The notes: generated from the sequence alone by a model not told the origin. A DNA stretch of 63,393 nt from Deltaproteobacteria bacterium UBA5799 (GCA_002418185.1 DIDN01000022.1:1-63393); one strand, 5' to 3'; positions 16,861-26,540 are shown, counted from the first letter of the stretch. Translations and numbers: made by a program.

Positions 16861-17793
16861 ATGGCTGAACTTCCATTGAAGGGAATACTTCTGCTCGCGT
16901 TCGGCGGAGCGGATTCGATCGAGAACGTCGAGCCTTTTGTGAAAAACGTATTGAAGGGAAGGCCCGTAACGCCCGAGCTCGTGGCAAGGACCGTCGAGCG
17001 CTACAAGCTCATAGGCGGCAGGTCCCCGCTCCTGGAGATCACTCTCGCGCAGGCCAGTGCCCTCGAAGAGGAGCTCAACTCCGGCCCTGACGCCGCCTTC
17101 CGCTACAAGGCCTACGTAGGTATGCGCTATTGGCGCCCCTTCATAGCCGAGACCGTCACAAAAATGAAGGAGGACGGCGTCGAGGAGGCGGTCGCGATCA
17201 TCATGTCGCCCTTCACCTCGATAGTGGCCACCGGCGCCTACGAGACGGACGTGGAGGGCGCGCTCAACTCCCTCGGCAGCGGCCCGGCCGTCTCTTTCAT
17301 GCCGTGCTGGCACATAGAACGGGCCTTTCTCGACCTCATTGCCGATAATGTCAAGAAGGAGCTTTCGGCTTTCGCGGACCCCGGTGGCGCGCTCGTCATA
17401 TTCAGCTCGCACAGCCTGCCGAAGGTCGCCCTGGAGGGCGACCCGTACGAGATGATGGTGAACCAGTCGGCCTCGCTCATAATGGAAAGGGTCGGCAAGG
17501 CGGATTACAGGGTGGCGTACCAGAGCAAGGGCTCCGGGCCCAGGGAATGGCTCGGGCCGCAGACCGAGGACGTCATGGCAGAGGCCGCCAGGCTCGGAAA
17601 AAAGGGCGTAGTCATAGTGCCGCTCGGGTTCGCAGCCGACCACGTGGAGACCCTCTACGACATCGACATACTCTTTAAAGACCTCGCGCGCACGAACGGG
17701 CTCGAGTTCAGGCGCACGCCGTCCCTCAACACCGACCCGGCCTTCATCCGCATGCTCGCCGGCATCATGAAAAATCCGGCTGAAAAGAATTGA
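16861..17793 (+). CDS. hemH: ferrochelatase (possibly coproporphyrin ferrochelatase)
   Basis: GILLLAFGG N-terminus and SSHSLP motif. 310 aa soluble type. Lies between hemE and hemY. Confidence 0.9.
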   Translation: MAELPLKGILLLAFGGADSIENVEPFVKNVLKGRPVTPELVARTVERYKLIGGRSPLLEITLAQASALEEELNSGPDAAFRYKAYVGMRYWRPFIAETVTKMKEDGVEEAVAIIMSPFTSIVATGAYETDVEGALNSLGSGPAVSFMPCWHIERAFLDLIADNVKKELSAFADPGGALVIFSSHSLPKVALEGDPYEMMVNQSASLIMERVGKADYRVAYQSKGSGPREWLGPQTEDVMAEAARLGKKGVVIVPLGFAADHVETLYDIDILFKDLARTNGLEFRRTPSLNTDPAFIRMLAGIMKNPAEKN

Positions 17794-17795
17794 CA

Positions 17796-19235
17796 ATGAA
17801 AAGAGTCGTAGTCATCGGGGGCGGCATAGCCGGACTCGCGACCGCGTGGAGCCTCCGCGAGCAGGAGCCCAAGGGCGCGGACTTCGAAATAGTCCTCCTT
17901 GAGCGGAACGAGCGGTTCGGGGGCAACATACGGACAGAGAAAACGGACGGGTTCCTGATCGAAGGCGGCCCTGACTGCTTCCTTTCCGAGAAGCCCTGGG
18001 CCATGGAGCTCTGTAAGCGCATAGGCCTTTCAGGGAAGTTCCTCCCCACGAACGACAGGCACAGGAAGACCTTCGTGCTCTCGCGCGGCCGCCTGCACGT
18101 GCTCCCCGAGGGCGTAATCCTCATGATCCCCACAAAGATACTCCCGCTTGCGACCTCAAGCCTCATATCCTGGCCCGGAAAGCTCCGGATGGCAATGGAC
18201 CTCTTTGTCCCGAAGAGGACGAGCGGCGGAGACGAGAGCCTCGGCGACTTCGTAAGGAGGAGGCTCGGGAAAGAGGCGCTCGAAAAGATAGCCGAGCCGC
18301 TCGTGGCGGGCGTGCACGCAGGAGACCCCGAGACCATGTCCGTCCGGGCGAGCTTCCCCAAGTTCGTCCAGCTGGAAGAGGAGAGCGGAAGCCTCATAAG
18401 GGGCATGGTAAAGAGGATGGCCCTTGCCGCGGCCCACAGGAAGGGAAAGCCCGGCGGGCAGTCCGCCGGTCGGGTAACGATGTTCATGACCTTGAAGGAC
18501 GGCCTCTCAGAGCTCATCGATACGCTCGCGTCCAGGCTTGAGGGCATGGATAAAACGATACTCCGGAAGGGCGTCCGGGCCGCGTCTGTCGATAAGGCGG
18601 GGGCCGGGTACAGGGTGACCCTCGAGGGCGGCGGCTCGCTCGACGCGGACGCGGTAATCGTTGCGGCCCCGGCCTGGGCCGCGGCCTCGATATTGAAGGG
18701 CCTGGACGCGGCGCTCTCCGAGAAGCTCCTCACCATTCCCTATGTCTCGACCGCCACGGTCTCGATTGCGTTCAAAAAAAAGGACGTCAAGCACCCCATG
18801 AACGGCTTCGGGTTCGTGGTCCCGAAAATCGAGGGGCGGAGGATCATGGCAGCCACCTGGACCTCCATGAAGTTCGCCGGCAGGGCCCCTGAGGACTCGG
18901 TACTCATAAGGTGCTTCGTAGGCGGCTCGAAGAACGCCGATCTCGTTTCGCTCGACGACGGCGAGATGCTCGGCATGGTAAGGGAAGAGCTCCGCGACAT
19001 AATGGGCATAGAGGCCGAGCCGGTGCTCGCAAGGGTCTTCAGGTGGCGGAACTCCATGCCCCAGTACACGATCGGCCACGAGGAGCGCGTCGCCTGGATA
19101 GACGAGCGCCTCAACATCCACACCGGGCTCCACCTCGCCGGGAGCGCCTATCACGGCATAGGCATTAGCGACAGCATCCGCTGCGGCGAGGCGGTTGCCA
19201 AACGGGTAATCAAAGAGCTTGCGGGCAATCGCTGA
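17796..19235 (+). CDS. hemY: protoporphyrinogen/coproporphyrinogen III oxidase, HemY type (FAD)
   Basis: MKRVVVIGGGIAGLATAW dinucleotide-binding fold. ~480 aa. The ORF track opens at TTG 17790, but the ATG at 17796 is more likely. Confidence 0.88.
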   Translation: MKRVVVIGGGIAGLATAWSLREQEPKGADFEIVLLERNERFGGNIRTEKTDGFLIEGGPDCFLSEKPWAMELCKRIGLSGKFLPTNDRHRKTFVLSRGRLHVLPEGVILMIPTKILPLATSSLISWPGKLRMAMDLFVPKRTSGGDESLGDFVRRRLGKEALEKIAEPLVAGVHAGDPETMSVRASFPKFVQLEEESGSLIRGMVKRMALAAAHRKGKPGGQSAGRVTMFMTLKDGLSELIDTLASRLEGMDKTILRKGVRAASVDKAGAGYRVTLEGGGSLDADAVIVAAPAWAAASILKGLDAALSEKLLTIPYVSTATVSIAFKKKDVKHPMNGFGFVVPKIEGRRIMAATWTSMKFAGRAPEDSVLIRCFVGGSKNADLVSLDDGEMLGMVREELRDIMGIEAEPVLARVFRWRNSMPQYTIGHEERVAWIDERLNIHTGLHLAGSAYHGIGISDSIRCGEAVAKRVIKELAGNR

Positions 19236-19340
19236 CGCGCCTTGACGCGCCTTTTCTGAACCCACCCGGACCGAACTGCACGCAACCGCCTGAAAAAGAC
19301 CGTCTGGACTAAAACGGCCCAAAGAAGTTATAATCGACGC

Positions 19341-20063
19341 ATGGATACAGGCGTGAAGGAAAGGTCCTTTTTCTCAGCCATTTGCGTTGAGCGTTGCGGG
19401 GGCGTATGCTGCGACCCCTGGTGGGGCATAATCTCCTATCCCTTCGCAAGGGATGGCGGTCTCGGGAACCCTTCCGTCTTCAGGGCCGAGGTGCTAAAGG
19501 GCATAAAGGCGCGGGTCGGGAGGATAACCGACGCCTACAAGACGTCCGGGGAGGAGCCGCGCCGGCTCTTCGGCCAGCCTGAAAGGTATAATGTCGTCGT
19601 TCGGGATATCCGGCGCTCCGGGCAGGCGGTCACGATGAACCTGGTCGCAATGTTCGCCTTCAGGTGCTCGCTTCTGGGCGATGACAAGTCCTGCTCCATA
19701 CACCCTTCCATAATCGGGTGCGAGATAAGGCCGCCGCACTGCGGCGAGCTCGGCTCGCGGGATGCGGGCCCCGGGGAAAAGGGCTTTTGCAGGATAATCC
19801 ACGAGGCAGGCGCGGCTCAAGGCGATCAGGCGGCAATCGACGCCGCCATAGAAAGGGAGAAGGGCATATCGGCCAGGAGCTTCAACGAAGGCGCGGAAAC
19901 CGCCGAGGATGCGGCTGAACGGGTGGTCGAGGCCGTCCGGTCGTGGTGCGGGGCAAACGCGCCCGACCTCCTCCCGGATGACAGGGCTGCGCAGCAGCCC
20001 GGGCGGAACGACCCCTGCTGGTGCGGGAGCGGCGCCAAATTCAAGAAGTGCCACGGCCGGTAG
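19341..20063 (+). CDS. YkgJ-like cysteine-cluster domain fused to a C-terminal SEC-C metal-binding motif
   Basis: CGGVCCDPWW and FRCSLLGDDKSCSIHPS..RPPHC (UPF0153/YkgJ-like pattern). C-terminus is DPCWCGSGAKFKKCHG. Confidence 0.65.
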   Translation: MDTGVKERSFFSAICVERCGGVCCDPWWGIISYPFARDGGLGNPSVFRAEVLKGIKARVGRITDAYKTSGEEPRRLFGQPERYNVVVRDIRRSGQAVTMNLVAMFAFRCSLLGDDKSCSIHPSIIGCEIRPPHCGELGSRDAGPGEKGFCRIIHEAGAAQGDQAAIDAAIEREKGISARSFNEGAETAEDAAERVVEAVRSWCGANAPDLLPDDRAAQQPGRNDPCWCGSGAKFKKCHGR

Positions 20064-20074
20064 CGCCCTTGCCG

Positions 20075-20848
20075 CTAACGGCCTCCCTCTCCGGCAAGTA
20101 GCGCGACCGGTCCCTTCGGCGCTGCCGGGCCCCCGGCATTGATAAGCGCCACGTTCCGGCCGCAGACCCTGTAATCGAAAGACCTTGCTGCCGGCTGCCC
20201 ATTTCCAGTGTACTTGATGGTCACGAGTCTGCAGCCCCCGGCCTTCTTCCCGCCGTTGTAATCAGCCTCATACCTCGCGCCGTTTCCGGCCCGCACGAAA
20301 TCCATCTCCGCTGCCGACGCCTGGACGGCCATTTCCTCGAGAAGCTTTTCGTCCGGCCCGACGGTGTTTCCAGCGTCCGCGGACATTGAAAGGGCCTCAA
20401 GCCTCGCTACCTTTTCCGGTTCGTCTGCCTTTACATAGTCCAGCCATTCAAGTCCGCGGCCCAGGCTCAAGCGGTATTTGTCAGGCCCGCCAGGGTTGTA
20501 TCGGTAGTCCTTTTCGACTATGAACCTCGGCTCGCCCTCGCAAGCCAAATACCAGGGGTACTTGCCCTGGCCGGATGAAGCGATATGCCTGGCGGCCTCG
20601 TCGGGCGAGACCTCGACCAGCCTTACGAAACCGCCGAACCTTTTTGAAACGACCGCCAGGGGCCTTCCGCCCGTCTCGTTACAGAGAGAGCGCATGTGGT
20701 TGTATACCTCGATAGCGCTGAGGCTACCGGCCATGTGCCCCGCCGGCAAGGCCGGAAGCTCCTCAAGTCCGTTCCCGGTTGCGCGGGCGCTCCCTGAAAA
20801 GACCATCGCCGAAAGGAGCGCCGCCAGGACCATCCGGTATATCAGCAT
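20075..20848 (-). CDS. secreted protein of unknown function, sigma54-dependent
   Basis: Signal peptide MLIYRMVLAALLSAMVFSGSARA. GGAGGTGG Shine-Dalgarno. No recognised motif. Sits downstream of the -24/-12 promoter. Confidence 0.6.
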   Translation of the reverse strand: MLIYRMVLAALLSAMVFSGSARATGNGLEELPALPAGHMAGSLSAIEVYNHMRSLCNETGGRPLAVVSKRFGGFVRLVEVSPDEAARHIASSGQGKYPWYLACEGEPRFIVEKDYRYNPGGPDKYRLSLGRGLEWLDYVKADEPEKVARLEALSMSADAGNTVGPDEKLLEEMAVQASAAEMDFVRAGNGARYEADYNGGKKAGGCRLVTIKYTGNGQPAARSFDYRVCGRNVALINAGGPAAPKGPVALLAGEGGR

Positions 20849-20912
20849 GATTCCACCTCCTCTTCTTGGAAGACGGTCGAAATTGCCCTCTTCCCTCTGC
20901 CGGGATGTAATA

Positions 20913-20927
20913 GCAAGAGGAGTGCCA
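20913..20927 (-). promoter_or_regulatory. sigma54 (-24/-12) promoter
   Basis: Minus strand reads TGGCAC-TCCTC-TTGC, a perfect match to TGGCAC-N5-TTGC. Lies ~65 nt upstream of the ATG at 20848. Confidence 0.8.
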
Positions 20928-20990
20928 AGCTTGATGGAAAAAATTTGCAGGTATTTCAGGGGCCGGGGCAGCCGTCGAGAGCAGTCCCAT

Positions 20991-21026
20991 ATGGAATCAT
21001 TTCCATGGGAATGGAACGGCTTCCAT
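20991..21026. promoter_or_regulatory. tandem palindromic upstream activator sites (candidate EBP binding sites)
   Basis: ATGGAA-N4-TTCCAT occurs twice (20991-21006 and 21011-21026), with centres 20 bp apart, 65-115 bp upstream of the -24/-12 element. Confidence 0.6.
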
Positions 21027-21027
21027 A

Positions 21028-22455
21028 TCAGTCGAGGTTGTACGCCCTTATCTTGGTAAGTAGGGTCTTGTAATCTACCTTCAGGACGGCGGCGGTCCTG
21101 GTCTTATTGCCTGAGGACAGTTTCAAGGCGTCCCTTATCGCGGCCCTTTCCGCCTCCCGCGCCGCATGCGATGAGACCTCTTTGAGGGGCATGATCCCGC
21201 CTGGCGCGCGGCCGCTCCTGTCTCCGGCCCCGAGGTCCAGATGGGAGGGCAGTACCTCGTTGCCTGCGGCCAGGAGGGCTGCGCGTCGCATCACGTTCTT
21301 AAGCTCCCTTACGTTGCCCGGCCAGGGGTGATTGAGGAGCGCATCCATTGCGGGGCCGGAGACCGAAAGGGCCGGCCTCTTGAGCTCCTCGCACGCGTCC
21401 GCAAGGAACCTGCCGGCGAAAAAGGATATATCCTCCGCCCGCTCGCGAAGCGGAGGGAGCGTGACAGTAAACTCGTTAAGCCTGAAATAGAGGTCTTCCC
21501 GGAACTTTCCCTCTTTAACAAGGGCCCCGAGGTCCTTGTTCGAGGCCGCGAGTATCCGGACGTCCACTGGGACCGGCCTGCTCGAGCCCACCCTGCAGAC
21601 CTGCCTTCCTTCCACCGCGCCGAGGAGCTTCGCCTGGAGCGCGGCCGAGGTGTTCTCGAGCTCGTCTATGAAGAGCGTGCCGCCTGAGGCGGCCTCGAAA
21701 TACCCGCCCCGCGCCCTCTCCGCGCCGGTGAAGGCGCCTTTTTCGGTTCCGAATAGCTCGCTTTCGATTAGCGGCTCGGGGATGGCCCCCATGTCTACCC
21801 TGACGAAAGGCCCGTCCTTTCTCCGGCTCATCCGGTGGATAAGGCCCGCTACCATGGATTTGCCCGTGCCTGTCTCGCCCTGTATGACCACCGAGAAATC
21901 GCTTGACGCAACCCTTACGAGCTGGCCGGTTACGCGCCTTATTGCCTCGCCCCTGCCGAGGGCCGCTTCGAGGGAGGCGTCTACCGCGGACCTGAGCCTT
22001 ACGACCTCGCGCTCCAGCTCGAGCTTCTCGACGGCTTTCCTGATAAGGACCGCGAGGGACTCCATGTCCGCGGGCTTGGTAATGAAATCATGTGCCCCGC
22101 TCTTAATGGCCTCCACGGCCGCCTGGACGTCGGCGTGCGCGGTCAGGAAGATGACCGGGACAGCGGGGTCTATCCCCTTAAGGCCCTTTAGCGTTTCGAA
22201 GCCGTCCATGCCGGGCATCCTGTGGTCGAGGAGCACTGCGTGGGGGCGGACCCTCTCGAACTCCCTCAGGCCGGAGGGCCCGTCAGGGGCCTCGGAAATG
22301 GAGAACCCCCTCATGGCGAGGAGCTCCGAGAGGACCTGCCTTATGTTCTCCTCGTCGTCTATTACGAGCACCTTGTGAATGGGAAGCTCCCGTCTGGCAA
22401 AGGACGGCCTCGGGCTTGCTGCGGGACAGGATGCGGGCGCCTGATGCGGATTCAT
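21028..22455 (-). CDS. sigma54-dependent response regulator (NtrC family: REC + AAA+ + Fis-type HTH)
   Basis: KVLVIDDEENIR receiver, GETGTGKS Walker A, ESELFG..GAFTGA, and C-terminal HTH NKTRTAAVLKVDYKTLLTKI. Confidence 0.92.
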   Translation of the reverse strand: MNPHQAPASCPAASPRPSFARRELPIHKVLVIDDEENIRQVLSELLAMRGFSISEAPDGPSGLREFERVRPHAVLLDHRMPGMDGFETLKGLKGIDPAVPVIFLTAHADVQAAVEAIKSGAHDFITKPADMESLAVLIRKAVEKLELEREVVRLRSAVDASLEAALGRGEAIRRVTGQLVRVASSDFSVVIQGETGTGKSMVAGLIHRMSRRKDGPFVRVDMGAIPEPLIESELFGTEKGAFTGAERARGGYFEAASGGTLFIDELENTSAALQAKLLGAVEGRQVCRVGSSRPVPVDVRILAASNKDLGALVKEGKFREDLYFRLNEFTVTLPPLRERAEDISFFAGRFLADACEELKRPALSVSGPAMDALLNHPWPGNVRELKNVMRRAALLAAGNEVLPSHLDLGAGDRSGRAPGGIMPLKEVSSHAAREAERAAIRDALKLSSGNKTRTAAVLKVDYKTLLTKIRAYNLD

Positions 22456-22525
22456 GTCAAAGGCGAGAGGGGCCGTACAGGATGAGCATACTAGACTTCT
22501 TACGTCAAATCAAGGCGGCTTCGGG

Positions 22526-23143
22526 TCAGGCCGATAGCCTTCGGGAGAGCTCGTCGATGAGGAGGTTTATCCGGGCCCGCTCGCTTTCGGGCCATTCGCT
22601 GCGAGAAACGTCCCTGAATATCCCCCAGATTACAAGCCTGCCGCCCATGGCCGAGGTAAAGGCGCTTGCCTCGACCTTGACCGCGCTCCCGCCGGAATGG
22701 CGCATCTCCATCCCGACCTTCCGCGCCTCCCCGTCCTTCACGGCCTTCCGGAAGAGCGAACTGTAGTACTCGACATCCTCACAGGGGTGGAGCTCGGTCT
22801 GGTGCATCCCGGCTATCTCGTCCACGGGCCTTCCGATGAGCGCGCCCGCGGCCCTGTTTGCCTGTATTATGACTCCGCTCCCGGCATCTGCGGCGAAGAC
22901 GGCGTCGTTTACCGAATCGAGGAGCCTCCTGTTGACATGCTGGTATTCGCAGAGTGCCTGCTCCGCTTTTTCGCGCGCCCTTATCTCGGCAAGCAGTATC
23001 TCGTTGGCCCTTATGAGCTCGGTAGTGCGCGAGCACAGGAGTGCTTCGAGGTTGAGCCTTTCGTCCTCACCCCTGAAAAGCTCCCTTATTTCCTCTCTGA
23101 GCTTCCGGATCTCCTTTACAAGGCCCTTTTCCCCGGCGCCCAT
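22526..23143 (-). CDS. coiled-coil + PAS domain protein lacking a kinase core
   Basis: PAS S-box-like LLDSVNDAVFAADAGSGVIIQANRAAGALIGRPVDEIAGMH. No H-box or ATPase motifs. I prefer the MGAGEK start (23143), because the longer ORF to 23278 adds an Arg/Cys-rich leader and overlaps the upstream ORF. Confidence 0.7.
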   Translation of the reverse strand: MGAGEKGLVKEIRKLREEIRELFRGEDERLNLEALLCSRTTELIRANEILLAEIRAREKAEQALCEYQHVNRRLLDSVNDAVFAADAGSGVIIQANRAAGALIGRPVDEIAGMHQTELHPCEDVEYYSSLFRKAVKDGEARKVGMEMRHSGGSAVKVEASAFTSAMGGRLVIWGIFRDVSRSEWPESERARINLLIDELSRRLSA

Positions 23144-23234
23144 ACGCCTCCTTGAGCGGCAACAGTTCCGCGCTCGATGATTGCAGGCTCTTGTTTGTCG
23201 TAAAAGGCGCTGCCTATACGCTTCCCGACAAAAG

Positions 23235-23519
23235 CTAGGCCCGCCCGATAAGTGCGATCGCCAGGGCCGCGAGCGCAAGGGCCGACACGCCGTAAACCGC
23301 GGCGGTGAGCCTCTTCATGGTCTTTTTCGCCGACTCGATCTCTGCTTCGGCTGATTTGACCCTGAGCTCAAGGTTAACGAGGTATTCACGGAGCCGCTCG
23401 TCCTCAACGTCCCTGAACTCCCTTTTAAGGGAGCCGAGCACCGTGCGGGACGCATCGATGACGGTCCTCGATGAAATTACGAGGCCTGCTGCCCGAAATA
23501 TGAGAGTCCACAGAGACAT
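23235..23519 (-). CDS. small hypothetical protein with C-terminal TM helix
   Basis: 94-aa ORF: helical and charged centre, hydrophobic C-terminus AAVYGVSALALAALAIALIG. No recognised motif. Confidence 0.35.
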   Translation of the reverse strand: MSLWTLIFRAAGLVISSRTVIDASRTVLGSLKREFRDVEDERLREYLVNLELRVKSAEAEIESAKKTMKRLTAAVYGVSALALAALAIALIGRA

Positions 23520-23541
23520 TCGGTTTTTCCGCCAGCCGGGT

Positions 23542-24900
23542 TCAACGGCTTATTACCGGAAGCCTGGATAGGGCCTCCCTTATCTTCTCATCGGGATACT
23601 CGTAATCCGCGAGCTTCCCGGCAAGGTAATCGGCATAGGCCTGCATGTCGAAGTTCCCGTGGCCCGAGAGGCCGAGAAGGATGACCCTTTCCTTCCCTTC
23701 TTCCCTGGCGGTTACGGCCTCTTCGATTGCGGACTTTATCGCGTGCGCGCTCTCCGGCGCGGGTATTATGGCCTCTGTTCCGGCAAACAGAAGCGCCGCC
23801 TCAAAGACCCCGGACTGTGGCCAGGCTGCGGCCTCGATGAGCCCGTCATGGAAGAGCCTGCTTACGAGCGGGGCCTCGCCGTGGTAGCGGAGCCCCCCTG
23901 CGTGTATGCCCGGGGGCACGAAGTCGTGGCCCAGGGTATACATCATCAGATACGGGGTGAGGCCCGCGAGGTCGCCGAAGTCGTAGCGGTACTCGCCCTT
24001 TGTAAGCGTGGGGCATGACGAGGGCTCAACGGCAATCACGCGGAGGTCCCTGCCGTTTATCTTGTCGAGGAGGAACGGGAAGGAGAGGCCCGCGATGTTG
24101 CTTCCGCCGCCGCTGCAGCCGATGATTATGTCGGGGTAGTCGCCCGCGATCTCGAACTGCTTCCTGGCCTCCTGCCCGATTACGGTCTGGTGCAGGCAGA
24201 CATGGTTGAGGACCGAGCCCAGGGCGTAGTTGGTATCGACTCTCCCGGCCGCGTCCTCGACCGCTTCGGATATGGCTATGCCGAGGCTTCCGGGGCTTTC
24301 CGGGTCGGCCTCAAGGACCTTCCGGCCCGATTGGGTCCTGTCTGTCGGGCTTGCGAGGACCTCGGCGCCCCAGGTCTCCATGGCCACCCGCCTGTAGGGC
24401 TTCTGGTGATAGCTCACCTTGACCATGTAGACGGTTGACTCGAGGCCGAACATGCGGCCCGCAAGTGCGAGCGCGGAGCCCCACTGGCCCGCTCCCGTCT
24501 CGGTCGCTATCCGCTTGATCCCGGCCTTCTTGTTGTAGTAGGCCTGGGGTATCGAGGTATTGGGCTTGTGGCTGCCCGCAGGGCTTACGCCCTCGTATTT
24601 ATAATAGATGCGGGCCGGAGTGTTAAGCGCCGCCTCGAGGCGGCGCGCCCTGTACAGCGGGCTCGGGCGCCAGAGCCTGTATATCTCCAGCACCTCTTCG
24701 GGTATCTCGACCCACCGTTCGGTAGAGACCTCCTGCTCGATAAGCGACATGGGGAATATGGCCTTCAGGTCGTCAGGGCCGCAAGGCTCAAGGGTGGCGG
24801 GATGAAGAGGCGGGGCCGGGAGGTTCGGCATGTCCGCCATCACGTTATACCATCTTCGAGGTATATCCTTTTCAGGGAGCAGTATCTTTGTCTCCTTCAC
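23542..24900 (-). CDS. trpB: TrpB-like PLP-dependent enzyme (tryptophan synthase beta, TrpB2 long form)
   Basis: GSHKPNT lysine motif and GGGSN loop ([10 protein letters not shown]). 452 aa. GTG start. No trpA adjacent. Confidence 0.85.
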   Translation of the reverse strand: MKETKILLPEKDIPRRWYNVMADMPNLPAPPLHPATLEPCGPDDLKAIFPMSLIEQEVSTERWVEIPEEVLEIYRLWRPSPLYRARRLEAALNTPARIYYKYEGVSPAGSHKPNTSIPQAYYNKKAGIKRIATETGAGQWGSALALAGRMFGLESTVYMVKVSYHQKPYRRVAMETWGAEVLASPTDRTQSGRKVLEADPESPGSLGIAISEAVEDAAGRVDTNYALGSVLNHVCLHQTVIGQEARKQFEIAGDYPDIIIGCSGGGSNIAGLSFPFLLDKINGRDLRVIAVEPSSCPTLTKGEYRYDFGDLAGLTPYLMMYTLGHDFVPPGIHAGGLRYHGEAPLVSRLFHDGLIEAAAWPQSGVFEAALLFAGTEAIIPAPESAHAIKSAIEEAVTAREEGKERVILLGLSGHGNFDMQAYADYLAGKLADYEYPDEKIREALSRLPVISR

Positions 24901-25121
24901 GGACGCCTCCGGGATGTCTGTGTACGGCTATTTTAGCATATGGCAGGGCCGATGCAAGAGTAAGCGATTGCAGGTTCGGAGTTTTCGGCCATTTGCGCGC
25001 AAGAAGGATTATAGTGGGCTGGTCGGCTGGCTGAACCGGTATGACCACTAAAAGGTCGGGGAGGCCGGTTTTGATATCAACCGAAAAGTTACCCGTTCTT
25101 AAGGGGGCCTTCCTGGCGGAC

Positions 25122-25751
25122 TTACGGGCCAGGTCTCTTCTTTCCCGAAAGTTTTCCTTTATTGCCCCGGCGTTCCGGCGAAGGCACTTCCTTCCACTCA
25201 CCTGGCTTAAGGTAATCGAGATCCCACTGGCCTATGCCGACCCTTATGAGACGGAGCACGGGGTGGCCCACGCTCGCGGCCATGCGGCGCACCTGCCTGT
25301 TCCGCCCCTCGGTTATTGTCATCCTCAGCCATGTATCGGGGACTGTCTTCCTGAACCGAATTGGAGGGACCCTTTCCCAGACAGCCGGCGGCTCTCCAGG
25401 CAGCTCTACTTCCGCAGGGAGGGTCATGCCGTCGTTCAAGAGCACGCCGCTACGGAGCTTATGAAGGGCATCTTCCGAGGGTATGCCCTCCACCTGGACG
25501 AGATAGGTCTTTGGAGTCTTATTCTCCGGCCCGGCTATGAGAGCCTGGATACGCCCGTCGTTCGTCAGCGCAACCAGGCCTTCGCTGTCGTAATCTAGCC
25601 TGCCTGCCGCATATACGCCGGGAACGGGGATGAAATCCGAAAGGGTAGAGCGGCCTTCGGCATCAGTAAACTGGCAGAGTACGCGAAAGGGCTTGTTAAA
25701 AAGGAGCACCCGCGGGCGGGTGTATGTTTTATGAGCCTGTCTTCTTCTCAC
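25122..25751 (-). CDS. rluE: rRNA pseudouridine synthase, RluE/RsuA family (no S4 domain)
   Basis: [19 protein letters not shown] catalytic motif and KTYLVQVEG. 209 aa. Confidence 0.85.
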   Translation of the reverse strand: MRRRQAHKTYTRPRVLLFNKPFRVLCQFTDAEGRSTLSDFIPVPGVYAAGRLDYDSEGLVALTNDGRIQALIAGPENKTPKTYLVQVEGIPSEDALHKLRSGVLLNDGMTLPAEVELPGEPPAVWERVPPIRFRKTVPDTWLRMTITEGRNRQVRRMAASVGHPVLRLIRVGIGQWDLDYLKPGEWKEVPSPERRGNKGKLSGKKRPGP

Positions 25752-26540
25752 GCTGACAATGTGTTTTTCTCGCTTATAACATACATAAATAGATGCCTTT
25801 GCTTGACTCTAAGGCCCCTTAGCTATAATCATGAACCTCTCCCCGCCTTAAAAGGCCGGGGGTATCGGGAACCCGTGAAGGGATATTGCCTCTGCTACGC
25901 CAGCTTTCGCTGGCTTCGCTACGGGCTGCCACTCATCCCCGGCCTAAAAAAGCCGGGGGTTGCCAGTTTCTCCAGCATAATGGACGAATGAAGGAGATAT
26001 TTCCAGAACGAACAGGTTTTTCTCTCTTATAGCATTTCCTGAGAACTGCGGGCAATTCAAAGAGAAGGGACCAGGCGATTCGATTTTCGACTGAAACTGC
26101 CGCATTGAAGGCAGGAGGTTCAAATTTTTGTCCGCCTTCCGGCCCAACCGAAAGTCGGACCATTCATCGAATTTGAGGCGCGTTGCCCATCACCCTGCCC
26201 CTCCCATGTCCCCGGTCCGTACACCATGAAGGGAGGGAAAAGGGGAGATGATGCCCCTTAATCGCAAAAAACATGCAGCGGAAGTTTTTCCCCGGAAGGC
26301 GAGGGACCTTAGATATCCCCTTGTAAGACATCAAAACCCAGGAACAGAGGGGTCGTTGAGGAGTAGAATGGGATTTTCTTCTTGTATTCTCCCGCTTATC
26401 TGGAGTCTCTACCAGGAATTAGCGCTCATGTCTTGAACAGGATATTATACAAGGAATCCAAGCGCCTCGATATCGAGGTGATGTTCAGACCCCCTGTTCC
26501 TGCTTTCATTGCCGATTAGAGGGGCGGCTTAAAAACACCC

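Noticed and set aside
19494-20054. 186-aa minus-strand ORF antisense to the SEC-C gene.
   Set aside because: Its composition is Arg/Pro/Gly-rich with no motif. The plus-strand frame carries the specific SEC-C and Cys-cluster signatures.
23144-23278. N-terminal extension of the PAS protein (ORF track start at 23278).
   Set aside because: The leader is Arg/Cys-rich with no features and overlaps the upstream 94-aa ORF. The internal ATG at 23143 starts the coiled coil.
25840-25960. Possible CRISPR-like repeats (two similar GC-stem hairpins).
   Set aside because: There are only two imperfect copies about 90 nt apart, with no regular repeat-spacer periodicity and no cas genes in the window.
26060-26170. 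tmRNA- or tRNA-like fragment (ggcgattcgattttcgac ... ggaggttcaaat).
   Set aside because: No complementary T-stem, no acceptor stem with a CCA end, and no tag reading frame could be folded by hand.
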